A DNA stretch of 64,000 nt from Lama glama (Eukaryota). The DNA is taken from NCBI GenBank assembly GCA_028534125.1, contig CM052817.1:28522001-28586000 (forward strand), read 5' to 3'. The translations under genes and the position numbers were made by a program. Of this stretch, positions 11,862-25,995 are shown one piece after another. The notes below the pieces were generated by a model. The model searched no databases and had not been told where the DNA came from. It saw only the letters and a program-made list of their open reading frames with translations. Every line of letters starts with the position of its first letter. The stretch's first letter is position 1.

Positions 11862-14729
11862 GTGTCCATTAGAGAGCACGAAAATGTACATAAGCCTTGT
11901 GGTACACCACCAGGGGACTGGGTCTTAGAGTTACACAGTGACTATTTTCCATCTTGAGACGTCACATTGCATATCATATTCTGCTAAAGCTAGCATTTAA
12001 AACTTTTTAAAGGCAAAGTTTCTCTGACTTTTGGCACCTTGGAGGTGTTGCTCCCTAAATTCACTGTCAGTAAGGAACAGTAAGAGGAAACGACGACTCT
12101 TCGTCTTGGAAATACACCAGGCAGCCCCGATAAGCAGCAAGGCAAGGAGAGACTCAAACAGATGTTAATGGGAGCGAGCTGCACGTTTTGCAATGAACCG
12201 AAGCACAGAAAACTCCCCCTACACCAGGTAAAGAAAGATAAGAGCTGCAGTTTAGAGAGACAGCATCTTCCCAGGAGGAGTGAGCCATGTGCCTTTTGAA
12301 CTAAAGCCAAAAATCATAAATAAGAGTGCGGCTCTGTAATGAATGTCAGTTCGTTTTATTTAGTAACCACTGTTATTTATCCAAGTTAAAATTCTTCTGG
12401 AAGGAGCTCATATTTCCTTTCTGCAGTTGATCCGAGAATGCATTAAAATGTGACAGAGGGGGAGGAATGAAAGGTATTTTATCCAGTCCCTCCCACAAAA
12501 ATCAATCCCCTTTTAAATCCATGTCAGCAAAACAATCGGATAAACTCGTTACTTGAAAGGTTGTTTTTATTAACATTACTTTGGTGAATAATAACAATAA
12601 AAATATATTGAGTACCGAGGAAAAGTATGGCCACCGAGAAACACCCCTCCCCCACCACACAAATAAATAGCACCAGGTTTCAAGAAAAGATCTACCACCA
12701 AAATTAGTTGAAAACTTAACAGTATAAAAAAGAATATATTTCAGTTTATTTGCTATCAAAGTCCACATCGTCCTAGAATGTTACCTTAAAGAGGTAGTTG
12801 TATTCAGAAAAGTCCTGTTAAAACTTAATTTTAGTCAAATGTTTTAGCAGCCATTTCTAACTCTTTTGCCTCTCTTCTGTGTCAGTATTTCCTTACTGCA
12901 CCTCATAGTCTGTGTCCCATACTTTGGATTCCACTCACGTTTTGTCTGTAGTTAATGGTAATGATTCCAGACACCCTAATCTCTGCATATTATGCTTCCC
13001 ATATACAAAGACTTTGCACCAATAATAAATGCCTCCTTACTATTCATAGAGGATGAGACAAATAGTAAAGATTTGAGCACTTGTTATCAGGTTTTGGAGA
13101 CAAAAATTTTGAAGGAAACCACTGAAAATTGTTACCAATCAATAAAAGGTTAAACTTGTTTTTCATATGTTTGCTAATTAATTGGTCTATTGTCCTTGAA
13201 TATATTGTATTTGCTTACTCTTGAAAATTTAGGCAGAGTTTTACAAACTCATAATCAATATCTCTTATATTTAAGAAATCACCAAATTCCGATTGATTCA
13301 ACTGTGAGATGTCTCAAATTTAATAACTCTTTTCTGTCTCTAAGCCTACTGCCTCTGTTCAGGTGTAGTTACTTTTTTTCCCTAGACTATTCATTAGTCT
13401 GCTGCCTCAAAAATCAGCCGTTAGCACTGCTCTCAGCCCAAACTCCAATTTCATATTCATACTTCTATCTAAGTTATCTAAATTTATTTGAAAATTTCAT
13501 AAAGAGCCCTTTCAGTGAACTCTTCATAGCTGATAGGATAAAATATAAAATCCTTGGGTCTGAGACCACACCCTGCATATTCAGCTCCGTAATTGTACTG
13601 CCTACATCTATGCCTGGCATGGAGGAGGTACTCAAGGCATAAATGAGAAATGAAACAAATAGTCCAAAAATTAGAAGAGGTGCCTGCCAGTTGAGGAGGT
13701 TAAGGAGTTTTGCACCTTTCTCTTGGAGACCCTATTGTTTGTAAGGAGTTAACTTGGACTGGAACTTGTAGATCAGTAGGTCAGGTGAGCAGATGAAAGA
13801 AGTTCATTCTCATTTTGCTACTCATGTGCAAAATCAGTACAGGTGTCAAAAGACACAGACGAAATTTTCTGGCTTTTTGTTTTTTTTATTTTATTTTTGT
13901 TCAGTGGGAAATTAGGGAGGACTTCAGCTATTGAACTTTCAAGAAGGCAGTGATCACAAAGACCAAGAAAACTGACAAGGGTTTTTATCTACAGAGTATA
14001 CATAAGATAGCAGAAAACTTAGAAAGTTACACAGGGACAAACTAAGTAGTTGGAAGGAGGGTCCCACTAACAAAATATATTTCTAGCATTTCTCGATGTA
14101 GTATGTCCCTAACCCCTGTCCTTTCACTAACTTCTGAAGATGCAGCTGTCAGCAAAATTCACGCAACTAATGTAAAGATTAGCTCTTATTAAATAGTCAC
14201 AAGCTGATAAGTTTTTCCATGCCTAAGGACAAGACAGATAATATTTTCTGAGGATTATACATAAAAGAGTTACTACCATCAATCACAGAATGAGTTTAAT
14301 AAAATAAGACATTCTGTTTGACATTTTAGATCCTAGGAAATTTTTATAATAAAATTGACTTATGCAATCTTCTCTTTATTTGTTTTCACGAGATAGGAAA
14401 ATCAAGAATATAACAATAGCATATCATCCCCTATTCTAGCTCTTTTCACTAGCTACTTTATGTACATATGATTTATCTTCTCATTCAAAATATCCAGTTT
14501 CTGTGTGGGCAAAGGAAAGTGTCTTTTGCAAGATTTTGTAACTCAAGAGTCTCACCAAGTGTTGAGTGATCTTGAACTATGTACTAGTTGAATTAATTCC
14601 CTATTAAAGAATAACTGAGAAAATATATTAAGGGTTTTGATTCAATTTCCACTAATTTATGTTTGTGTTCTTAGATGGAGCTACCAATAAAACATGATCC
14701 AGTATCCAGGAGTACGGACTCTTAATAGT

Positions 14730-15092
14730 TGTGAAGGTTAGTTTTATGTGTAAACTTCACTGAACCGTGAAGTGCTCCAATTAAACATTATTTCTGGGTG
14801 TTTCCAGATGAGATTAACATTGAAATCGGTGGGCTCAGCAAAGTAGATTGTCCTCCCCAGTGTGGATGGGCATCATCCAACCCACTGAGGGTCTGAACAG
14901 AACAAAAAACAGAGGAAGGGGCGATTCATTCGCTTCCTGCCTGCATGCTCAAGGTGACACATCCATCTTCTCCTGCCCTTATGCATATATAGATATAGAT
15001 ATATAGATATAGATATAGATATAGATATATACAGATACAGATATATAAACAGAACTCCTGTGAGTTCTGTTTCTCTGGAGAAACCTAATACA
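14730..15092 (+). mobile_element. ERVL solo LTR, MLT2B-like, internally deleted
   Basis: Starts tgtgaaggttagttttatgtgtaaactt and ends ttctgtttctctggagaaacctaataca. TSD atagt/atagg (4 of 5 match). Confidence 0.88.
14985..15046. repeat. (ATATAG)n hexamer microsatellite inside the MLT2 LTR
   Basis: Directly visible, with ATACAG variants at the 3' end. Confidence 0.95.
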
Positions 15093-17734
15093 ATAGGACT
15101 GTAAGATAAGTATTAGCTGAGTTATTAAGCTAAAATCTGACCCAAGAATGTCTTCGATTGTTTCTATTTCATGGCTAATGCCTTACAGAGACTGTTCTGA
15201 ATGAAAAAGGATACATTCCAATTTAGACAAGTGCCTAGCCAAACTGAAGGTGTGTTTTGGGGATTCAGCTGAGGACTCGTATAACTGAAAGGAAACTAAT
15301 GGTGGCAACGTCTTAATCTTAGATAATGAAATTGATGCAGAAATGGTGCAGATAAGAATTTGGAGATTCACCTCTTGCAACTGCAATTTTGATCCTTTAG
15401 GACATAAGACAGATCCAAACAATTATTAATGGTTGCTTGAAATTCTGAGGTGAGAAGGATCATGAACTCTCCCCCAGCTGCAGGTGAGGGTGCTGTTGGG
15501 GAGGAGTGAGGGATGCTGTACTGTACTCACCTTCTCAGTCTTAACGCTTTCTCACAATAGGTGTGTCTCAGACGACACTCATGAGACTGTAATGAAAACA
15601 AACTTGAGACAGAAATTTATGACAATCATTCTGGATGAAGAGAAGCCCTTGTTTCATGTGATTATCCGTAGCCTTGCTTGTTATTACAAGTTAGAATATA
15701 TAACATATATTCAAAAGCACTCTGAGAATTTACTTGGATTAATCATGAGAACATATTTTATTACCCCTATTTGTTTAAGACTCTGTTACAGGAGGTGATT
15801 CCTGACTACAAAAGGAGGTAACCACTGCATCTGCCATCAAAGAGGCTACAGGCCATCAGATCACCAGAAGTGAGCTGACGTAAGCTGTGAGGTTCAGGAA
15901 AGCAGCTGTTTCGTGTTTCCTATGAACTTGTGCATAACCGTATGTCTGCCCTGAAATGGAACGCTGGTGAGGACAGAGAGATGACAGTTACTATGCTCCT
16001 CTGTATAGCCTCAGGGATTTTGTTAAGTGGCCTATAAACCTACTGACTAATCCTCTCAAATACCACAGTTCTGCAGGTTGGATATAATTATCCCACTGTC
16101 CTGGGGAGGATTCTTTGAGGTCACTTAGATAAAACATGGTACACATCATTTAGAAAACCTAGATATCTAAGCTATTTAATTAATGGGAAATAAGGATATG
16201 TAGGAAAATGAAATGGGGCATATCATTTTTATCTGTTAGAAGGGAATTTTCAAGAATAGTGTCAAGGGGATCTAAATCCTTCACTAAGAGTTGACAAAGT
16301 ACTTAGCACTTTTGCTAGCCAGAGATGCCCTATTTCTAAGCATCCACAGTGAAATTTGTGTTACTCTCCTGGACACTTTGGACATTGTAGAAATTAATAT
16401 TATTTCCGTTTAAAGTAGATATATTTGGTTAAGATAAATTTAAAAGCTGATGTCTGTAAATAGAGCCCTGGTTCCTTTAAAAAATAAGTGGAGTTGATGT
16501 CAAATACTGGCTATAAAAGTGTGTTGGAGAGATAGATTAAGTCAACTTTATTACTGAGAATAAATTGAGCAATATTAAGCCTAGCTTCAGGAGTCAACAA
16601 ACTGAATTTAAGAGAATCAGCCAAGAGTTCATGAAAGTGTCCTGTAATGCAAAAAGCCACTCGGGGAAATTCCGATGTCTGTTGAGAACATGCACCGTAC
16701 AGCTGTGCTCCTGGTCTTACATCTGTCACCAAAGGAGCCGAAATCTCTCTCAGGCTAGAAGCTAAAGGCTATGATCCTGGAGCCATAAGTTGTCATCAGT
16801 AAGCCATAAAAAAACCGGGGTGAATTTAACTTAATTACATTTAAGAAGAAGCAGAGTTAGAATAAGAAAATATGAAGATCCCTTCAAAAATTGTCAAAGT
16901 AGCTTATGTCTCAATTTTTGTTCAAATCAGGAGGACTGTATGACTATATGTATGTTTTGCTCGTTAACACGTATGTTTTGTTATATAGAAAATGAATCAG
17001 TAGTTGGAAAATCCTTTTATATTCTCCTTATTTTATCTCAAGACTCTAATGGGCAGTTGAGGTAACTGGCTCATTAGGCCACATCTAAAATGTGAATGTA
17101 CACTCTGAGACAGTCAGTCTTGGCTGAATGTGACAGTTTATGGTGCATGACTATTTCAGCTGAGCTGTATATAGATGGGGCTGACAGCAATAACCACACC
17201 GTGTCTAGTGCAGCATTTAGGCAGCCTCCGCGACCCAAAGAAAGACTTGTCATGCATTTTATACAAGGAGGTCCAGGATGTCCAGGAGATGAGGACACAT
17301 TCTCTGAAAAGAAAAATAAAACAAAACAAAGTCAATCAAAAGTACTAGATTTGGCATCCTAGGAATTGAATGAAAAATAGAAAAGACTTAAATGACAATT
17401 TGGTAACCTCCCCTCCATTAGAAAATAATGACAGCAACGAACACTTTGAATATTTAGCATTGATGATGGATGGACAGAGAAGGAAGACAACAGGAAATAC
17501 CATTAAGGGCATATATATTGTTCATCTTGGCATCAGAACTAACAACTATTTACATTTATATTCTAATTTCTAGCCTTTGTGTGGACATTTAAAAAGTATG
17601 CTTTAGCAATGCAAATTTATCTCCTAACTAAAGGAGCACACACACCACACACACGTTTGGATCATTTCTATGTGCTTTATTTTTCAGTCTTTCTTTATTT
17701 GAGAAAGTACTTTTCCTTAACTATTTTTAAAGCA

Positions 17735-17984
17735 TTTTTTTAAGTTTAAGTATGGTTATTTTATGATGTACTAATTTCTGGTGTATAGCATAAAGTTTCA
17801 GTTATACATATTTATATATTCCTTTTCATATTCTTTTTCATTACAGGTTATTATAACATATTGAATATAGCTCCCTGTGCTATACAGTAGGACCTTGTTG
17901 TTTATCTATTTTATATATAGTAGTTAGTATTTGCAAATCCCAAACTCCCCATTTATCCCTCCACTATCGTTTGATGAACTATAA
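17735..17984 (-). mobile_element. 5'-truncated L1 3' UTR (cetartiodactyl-type)
   Basis: ttgaatatagctccctgtgctatacagtaggaccttgttgtttatctattttatatatagtag is a typical L1 3' UTR. T-run at the left; degenerate TSD aagcattttt/aaccattttt. Confidence 0.85.
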
Positions 17985-18699
17985 ACCATTTTTTAAAATT
18001 TCTTAATGAAACTTAAAATATTAGTTTTTAAATTAAATTATTTAATCCATATTGGTATTTTTATAACTACCCAATGCAAAAATAGTTGCAGAATCTAAGA
18101 ATCATCACATTGAAAAGTAAAAATCAAACTTGCTGTCTTGTGGTCTCTAAGATAGAGTTTCTTAGTCACTAGATTAAAACCAAGATCAATAGCAGATTTT
18201 GTCTCAAATCTCTAGTGACATTGCAAAGAAGGACATAAAAAAAGGAAGACTCTGAAAGCACAGACCCCTTTTCTCTGTTAAATTTCAAGATTTTTTTAAT
18301 GAAAGGAGAGTTCAGGATTTATTCTGAGTATCATTAATAAAAGCACAGAATTTAAACTTTTTAAAATTAGACTTCTAAAAATAAAAATTTACTTTGATTC
18401 CATTTTATTTCTCACCTATTTCCATTGGATTTAAATTGATAAAAATACTGATTTCTTCTCCTCCTTTACCTCTAACAACCATTAAGCATAAATAAGAGAA
18501 ATAATGAATATATTATTGCTTTTTAATAATTTTACAAAGGACTTTTTTTGGTCTCATGTAAAATAGACATTCAGTAAAGTTTTGTTCTTTACTCTCTTCT
18601 TTTCTTTTACTATACTTCTCGTTTGCTCATTTTCCTATGTTCTAAGTACATCTCTGTCAATTTTCTTCTATATCTCTTCTCCTGAGCCCTAGCCTTAAT

Positions 18700-18873
18700 T
18701 TTATATCCAACAAAACTTTCTGAAATGATAGAAATACTATCTACACTGTTGAGAACAGTAGCCACTAGTCACAAATGGCTATTGAAGTAAAATGAGTTTA
18801 GTGCAACTGAGGAATCAAATCTGAAATATAAATAGCCATGTGTGGCTACTGGATATTGTATTGGATAGGCCAG
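18700..18873 (+). mobile_element. MER3-like hAT-Charlie MITE
   Basis: gtagccactagtcacaaatggcta ... aatagccatgtgtggctactggata, with an internal inverted-repeat structure. Confidence 0.75.
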
Positions 18874-19919
18874 TTCTTAGCTTGCAGTCTGAAATGCCTG
18901 TTAGGTTTCCTATGAATGTACTATAATAATCTAAATTTTAATACATCCAAATCTAATGTTCATTCCCTGACCAATGCACTCAGATTCCCATCACCATCAA
19001 AATCTATGCATATACTTACTACTTTCTATCTATTTCTCTATCTCTGTCATGAAAATGAAAGTTTTTATAGATATACACACACACACACAATCATGCAGAA
19101 ATATAAAAAATTGTTTTTTCTTTTAAGTGTCATAACTTAGTCATCTTCCATCCTGGATGTCATACCAGTTTGACACCTAGACAACTTCAGTTGGTCCCTG
19201 TTTCTCCAGTTCTAACTATATCAAATCATCACCCTTCAATGATGTTTTTCTCAGCCTTATATTTGGTGGAAGTTTTTTGGTATCTGCTCAGTTTCTATGA
19301 TGAATTCTTGATATTTTTATTCAGGAAACCATCACCTCTCATTAGACTATTGAAATATTAAATTTTCTTGGAAGTTAATAGATATCTGTTATTTTCCCTG
19401 ACCAAAATTTATTCTCTAATAAATATGAGTTATATTGATTCTTCTACTTATTATGAATTAAGAGGATGCGAATATTTTTTCCTTTTATCATTGTCCACAA
19501 TGACCTCATTACTTAAAACGTGCTTGAATAGCAATATAAAGTTCTCTTTTTGTTTGTTTTGTTTTTTAGCATCATTTTTTGATGCCATACTCCCCCCTTG
19601 AGTTTCATGTAACTTTACTTGGGATCTCAGTTGAGCCTCTGTGCTCTTCTGGGTGGGGGTACCCCTGTAACTTGTACTAGGGTCACACAATTGTATTTCC
19701 TGGGATTTGAACGGTGAGAGGAATGATACAACAAAAACAACAACAAGAGCATTGAACGTGATTATTTCTTTAAGGCCATGAAGAGATGTCCATGTAATTC
19801 TTATTCTTTCTAAGCTTGCTTATCAGTTTTGTCTTCAATTCTATGATGACAAAATGATTCTTTACTGGTTATTATTAAACTCAGGCTGATAGAACTTCCA
19901 TTAATTAAAAAAACACACA

Positions 19920-20670
19920 TTTGAAGATGAAATCACCATCAAAAATTAAACTATGCAAAAAACCTAGAAGTAAGAGTCCAAAGATACAACAAATGAGAGG
20001 ATTAACATCCCTAGAATAGAAAATAATTGAGCAGTCTGAAAAATGACTTTAAACTGAAAGATTTGAAAAGGGTCTAGAAATATAAGTATATAGTCATTAA
20101 AATTTAAAAAATAGTAAATGGATTTGATATCAGAAAAGACAAACATGAGAGAGAATTTATGAACTGGATAACCCAGTGGTTTTTTAAAAAAAATAAGATG
20201 CAATATAATAGCCAAGAGCTTTGGTAGCTAGAATGAAATATTGCAGCATGTAGCTAATAGGATTTTGAGAAGGAGGACAGAGAAAATTGGGATAGGGTAA
20301 TGACTAAGAGTGTTCAAAAACTGAAAACAAATTTAAGAATTATTCCAGCCCCAAAGTGGAAAAATAAAACTTGTCCAACATGAGCACATCTTAATAAAAT
20401 TACAAAGCAATAAATGTAAAAAGAATAAACAAACAAAAAAAACAGATTCCCAACCAAGAAATGTCAATTAGATTAGAAGCAGATTTCCCATCCATTTTGG
20501 ATGTCAGAAGACAATAAAATAACATCATAATAACGATGAGGGTAAGTAACTGTCTATGTAGAATTCCATTACCAGATAAATTTCAACCAGCTAAATTCTC
20601 TGACCAGCTAAGAGCAGGGGAGAATCAATGGCATTTTTAAACAAACACAATTCAAAGTTACTTACAGAGT
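19920..20670 (+). mobile_element. Ancient L1M/HAL1 ORF1-region fragment
   Basis: A-rich strand bias and decayed motifs (aattagattagaagcagatttc, tgtcagaagacaat, tagaattccattaccagataaa). Confidence 0.5.
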
Positions 20671-21169
20671 CTCAGAACATAGTTGTGGTTTCTCAGTTAG
20701 CTAGCTTCCAATTCATTAACTTAAAATATGGTTTTGATCTCTTTATCTATTTGATTTTTTTATGGCCACAGGTGCTTGAAAATTTATTCAATCTAGTTAC
20801 AATTGAAACATTATTCAATATAGTTATCATGTGTGGCTAATGGTTTTGTTTAGTGCTGCCTATTCTTAATAGAGTTCCTACCAATTATCTGTAACAAATT
20901 CTTTACATCCTTTCCAACTCCAGTTTGATCACCCTGAGGTTGCCCCATCTCAGTAAAAGCAGTTCCATTTTTCCAGTTGCTCAGTCTGCTGTCACCCTCC
21001 TCTCTACATCTCATACCCGAATCTATCAGCACACATTTCCTGCAGGCCCAACCTACTTTTCTCCACCTTTGCACTATTGCAACCATCTAACCCCATAATC
21101 TTTCACCTAGACCTTTGTAACAGACAGTGACTGGTCCTCCTGCTTCCACAATCTATCCCACACATGACT

Positions 21170-22030
21170 GTGAGCAGCATCCTTTCAGTGTGTGGTTTGA
21201 TGGTTGTAATCAGTTTGGGGAAAATTCTCTCAGAACTGCTGTTTTTCAAATATTGCTTCTGAACTGTAATTCTTTGACTCCAAATACATGTTGGAAGTTT
21301 TCACCATGTCTGAAAGTTCTCTTATACTCTTTTCAGTATTTTCTGTTCTCTTAGTTATTCAAACGTCCACCTGGGCATTTTACCTTGTCCTACAATCCTG
21401 TTTATTAAACCTCTCTTACTATGCCTAATTTTCTGTTGAACTCTTCACTGGGATCTTAATTTTTAATTATGACTTTTTTTCTGTAGTAAACTTTTCATTT
21501 GGTTTTTTTATAGATTAAATAGAGTTTTCTTAACTTTGAAGCTCATTTATGATCTATTTTCTTGAATAATAGTCACAGTTATTTTAAAATCCATGTTTTA
21601 TAACTCCAGTAACTGGGTCATCTGTGAATCTGTTTCTATAATCTGAACTTTTTTCATAGTTTTGTTTCTGGGTAAGTCTCCCAATTTTTGACTGAACATC
21701 GTGCCTTGTGTATAAAAATTTCTAAGAATCTGAATAATGTGGTTTTCCTCTGTGGATAGTTTACCTTATCTTCCAGTAGATACTTAGAGTTGGGTAACCC
21801 CATGGTATCCAGTTAGAAACTGAGCTGAGTAAGTCTAGGCTTCAGTTTTATAAGCTTTTTCTTCAACAAGCTCATCCAACTCTAGAAGTTTCAACAGAGA
21901 ACTTACAGTGCTTAATAGAACTCTTCTTCCTTGGGTGGTGGCACCAGGAAGAGGGTCCCAAATTCTAAATTTTGTCACTTCAGTACCATAGGACATTCAA
22001 AAACTCTTCTATTTTTCAGTGGATTTCTAC
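21170..22030 (-). mobile_element. Ancient L1M 5'/ORF1-region fragment
   Basis: T-rich strand. cacagttattttaaaatccatgttttataactccagtaactgggtcatctgtgaatctgtttctat is an L1M ORF1-start-like motif. Confidence 0.55.
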
Positions 22031-22039
22031 TTTGCTTCT

Positions 22040-22543
22040 TAGATGGAAGTAAGGTGTAGGAAACAAGAACAAATTGGAGCCTGTGAGGATGGGCTGGAAA
22101 CCACATCTGAAGTTGAACTTGAACCTATGAAGATAAATTATAACCTGCTTCACTATCTCCAAGTCTCCAGCCTCAAAGATGGAAGTGTTTAATAGGACAC
22201 GCTAACACTCTTGATCACCTAACTAATTCTCATACCCGGGCCAGGAGTTTGATAAGACAAAGAAGAAAATCTGCCATGATAGGAAGTCACTGCAGACCTG
22301 GCTACTACCCCAGCCACTGAGGGGAACCAGCTGATGATGAACACATGGCATGAGCTTCAACAACTCTTTGTGCTTTCACTGACTTATTGAAGGTAACAAG
22401 AAGAATGCCGCTGCCCTACTGGCTTCCTAACCTTGTAATCTTGTATGAAACATCTTTTTTTGTGGCCCACACCAAAATTGAGCAACGCAGAGAAAGGACT
22501 GGTGGAAAATGAAGTCTCAGCTTTGCCAACTTGACATAATACA
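22040..22543 (-). mobile_element. ERVL 3' LTR, LTR52-like
   Basis: Minus strand begins TGTATTATGTCAAGTTGGCAAAGCTG...GTGGGCCACAAAA, immediately after a PPT-like AAGGTGGATT (22553-22544). Confidence 0.65.
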
Positions 22544-23560
22544 AATCCACCTTGTGTCAACTTAAATCCATATACATCTCGTTTTTCAATACTCAATATT
22601 CAGATAAAGACAAGAGAAAAACCCACTCCATTTTTGCAACTCTCCTTTGTATAACTGAAAATGTGCCAAATATCTCCCCCTAAAAGGACACATAGTCTTT
22701 TTATCTATTTGTGGGTAATGTTCATTGTTTTATCTGGCTCAGATGTCCTCTTTTTTTGCTATCTTGTAATTTTAATTATGAGGTCTAAGAGCAATTGTTA
22801 TTAACATGTCTTATGATAGACGGCAAGGGAATGAAAAAGAGGAAGAGAAAAAAGTTGGTTAATATGTGCATACATTTATCCAGGTCCAAATAAGCAAGAA
22901 ACACTCATAGCTATCACAGTCCTTCCTTGGACAGCTAATTCCAGAGTCCTAGCTGATATTCCTAACTACCTTCTTCCTGTCTTTTTTTGCCTTACTCAAG
23001 TACCTTGGTTGATATGTTTCCTTGCCTGATGAGGGGTGATCCAAACCTTCCTTCTTGAAGTGCATGGACCATCATTAGACCTGCTTGAGTTGTGTTGTGT
23101 TGTGTTGTGTTATATAGTTTTCCTTTGACTTTAATCATGGACGAGGGAGGACTGAGAAACACCCAGGGAATCTTTTGCATTACAGACATATTTCTTCTTA
23201 TTATTATCATGTAGGAGAAACAGATTCTCCATACGGTAATAAAAATCAGTGGTCACCACTAGTACAGTAACCCCCTTGGTTGCTTCTTTATTCACTGACA
23301 TGAAAAGTCCAACACAGCCCAGCAGCAGTCTCAAATCCAGTTTAAAAAAGCCATTGAAGTTTCCTTAGCTGGCAGCCTTCCTCCCTTAGATGCAGGGACT
23401 AAAGTTGCAGGGAGAGAACATAAAATCTTTTCCTAGTGCATCAGTATAGATAATAGTGAGTAAGGCCAGTCTTCTTTGAATCCTTTGATTTCCTGGCTTG
23501 TGAATCCTGGCTGTAGGAGAAAGAGCACCATTTTAGTTGTTGATATTATGTGAGCTTTCC
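22544..23560 (-). mobile_element. ERVL internal region relic (integrase C-terminus, dUTPase-like segment, PPT)
   Basis: Decayed peptide RLLLGCVGLFMSVNKEATKGVTVLVVTTDFYYRMENLFLLHDNNKKKYVCN..DSLG / IKVKGKL aligns by eye to ERVL dUTPase-like sequence. Contiguous with the LTR. Confidence 0.75.
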
Positions 23561-23609
23561 AAGATATTGTTACCAACATAACTGAGTCTTCAAAAATAGT
23601 CCCAATTTC

Positions 23610-23742
23610 TGCTTCTAGCCAACATGAAGTAATAGGAGCCAGATAAACCCTCCCTCCTGAAAATATATGTTTTAAAAAAGACAAACGAGGAAATGATTTT
23701 CAAGACATTGTATATCAGTCAGTGAAGGAGAGTGATACCTGA
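23610..23742 (+). mobile_element. Ancient L1M 5' end fragment
   Basis: cttctagccaacatgaagtaataggagccagataaaccctccctcctgaaa...ttttcaagacattg resembles L1MC/ME 5' ends. Confidence 0.5.
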
Positions 23743-25995
23743 TCTGTTTCTGTTACATCAAATTGCCTCAAAATTTAAGTTTATTCATGTTGAAATGAAG
23801 GTTCAAAATGGATAACCACAAGCCCAACAGAAGTGACACTTGGATTATCTGTAACAGTGAAGGATGTCTCTCTCTGTCCTCTTCGCCTGGTCTATTATGG
23901 TGAGGCTTACTGTACAATTACCATTACCATTCATTCAGCCAATACATGTTTTACAAGCACTTTATTTATGCAAAAACTAGCTGAAAGTGATGCAAAAAGA
24001 GAAGATTTTTTTTCTCTCTTATTTCCTAATAGGGCATACTCAAAGTCATCTTTATTCCTGTACAAGCTGTGAAATGCCACACCATCCAGCTTTAAAATCC
24101 CATTGTGAGGCTCCTAGTCCCTGGATTGTTTTATCCTCTTCAGAAACCTGTGAAGAAGAAAGTTTATGAGGGAGTTAGTCCTTGAATTGGTCTTTTGGAG
24201 TTTATAAAAAAGGAAAGCACTCAAAATTCTCTGTGTGTTTCATCTCTGGACACGAATTACTGGAGGAAAATCCATCAGTAATATATATTGATTATCTCCT
24301 ATGTTCTAAAGTGCATGCTTTTTTCCTGGAGATTTTTATGTTATGCATATACGAAAGCAAACTGTATTTTTTTTTCATATTCAAGACATGTGTGAGCTTG
24401 CTAGAAATTCTCCTTCTTTCTCTCCCTACTTTATCCTGAACGTGTAGAAGGGAGTATGTTTCCATGATTTTCCAAGAAGTATAAAACCATCGAACAAGCA
24501 TTTTTTTTGAAAATCTCCTATGAGTCAGATATTGTTTTTGACTGAAGGAGTAAAATCGTGACCAAAAGTGAAAAAAAAATCTCTGCCTTCATTGAACTTA
24601 CACTATCATGAAAAGAAACCATCATTTGCTTAAAAATAGCAAAAAACAAACAAACAAACAAAAAAACCTAGAAACACAAATTTACCATGATGTGGTTGAT
24701 TTAAAAATTAAAAATTAAAAAATAAAAATGGAAACAAAAAAGCAAAAAAATAAGCAAATAATCAATGACAACAAAACTTTCAGATTCTTCAAATACTTTA
24801 TGTCTCTCCTTATAAGCCATCCCTATCTGGCCTACCAAAAAGATGGTTTGAATGACCTAAGAACTTATTGCTTCTAAAAAGAGATTTACCCTTAGTTTAT
24901 TTAATAAGTTCCTCTTGCATCTGAGACTGACTTCAATTTCAGTGTTACATAATACATTATATTTTGTCATTTACATGTGATAAAGGAATTTTTTCAGAGC
25001 TTTTAGTAGGCAAGAGGTTAGATTTCTGGAAACTCTAGTGTCTCCCTTTCTTTAGTATCTGTAGGGGAAAAAAAATTAAAACTTGGCCTGGAAAATAATT
25101 ACTTGGGTGAAAAACTCACAAATTACTTACAGGAAGAAAATAGTATTTCTGGTAAAATAAGTAATTTATTATGAACAATAATGAAACTGAATCTTGTTCT
25201 TAGAAAGCAGTAACCCATCTACTAAAAGGACTGTCCTGTCAAGAGCCTACTAATTTTAACCAGCATTTCTTTCTTTATCTATGCTAGCAATCATATTTCT
25301 GAACTCCCTTATCACATAATTCTACCAAGAGAGGAATATTTGAATTGATCTGTTAGAGGCTTTTTGCCTTGTGGAAAGATTATAATAATACTTTGATGTG
25401 TACTTATAAGTAAATTGTTCAAAAAGACTTTAAAAAAATATGTAGAATCTAATAGGAACAACACTAAGAAGACTAGTATTAACATCTTTAGGACCTCGTT
25501 GAATTTGCTTTTTTAAGACGTTAAATGAAGACAGCTCATTTCTCTTTGAAAAGAACAATCAACAAGGTTTTTAAATCAAATAATAGAAGAAAATTTGACC
25601 TCTTTTCATAATTAAAAACAAAGCCATAGCTAACCTTTGCCACTTATTAATTATTACTCATGAAATTCTTTCACTCAGCTCTATGAAAATTTAGGCAGCT
25701 AGTTGGAAATAGAGATTTACTGCAATGACAGCTATTCATTTGCAGTGAGAACTACTGAATAACAGAAAGACAGGAGGCATCTGTTAAGTAGACAGAAAGT
25801 ACAGTTTCCACCCCTGGGGCCTTGGCTTCCAGGTTATCCCCAGTTCACCTGTTAATCCTTGTTCTTTTACCACCTTCAAATAATATACCTCCAAGTTCTC
25901 ATATCTTAAGGAAACCCAAGTCTCAGAAAATGAATCCTCCAGCCCCAAACACACAGACTCAGAAGAACAAACCAAGTCTGTTCTTCAGTTGTTAG

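Noticed and set aside
11907..11920. CTCF-like CCACCAGGGGACTG
   Set aside because: Mismatches at core positions; too weak without binding data.
13190..13642. 150-aa ORF
   Set aside because: TTG start, overlaps decayed L2-like sequence, no recognisable domain.
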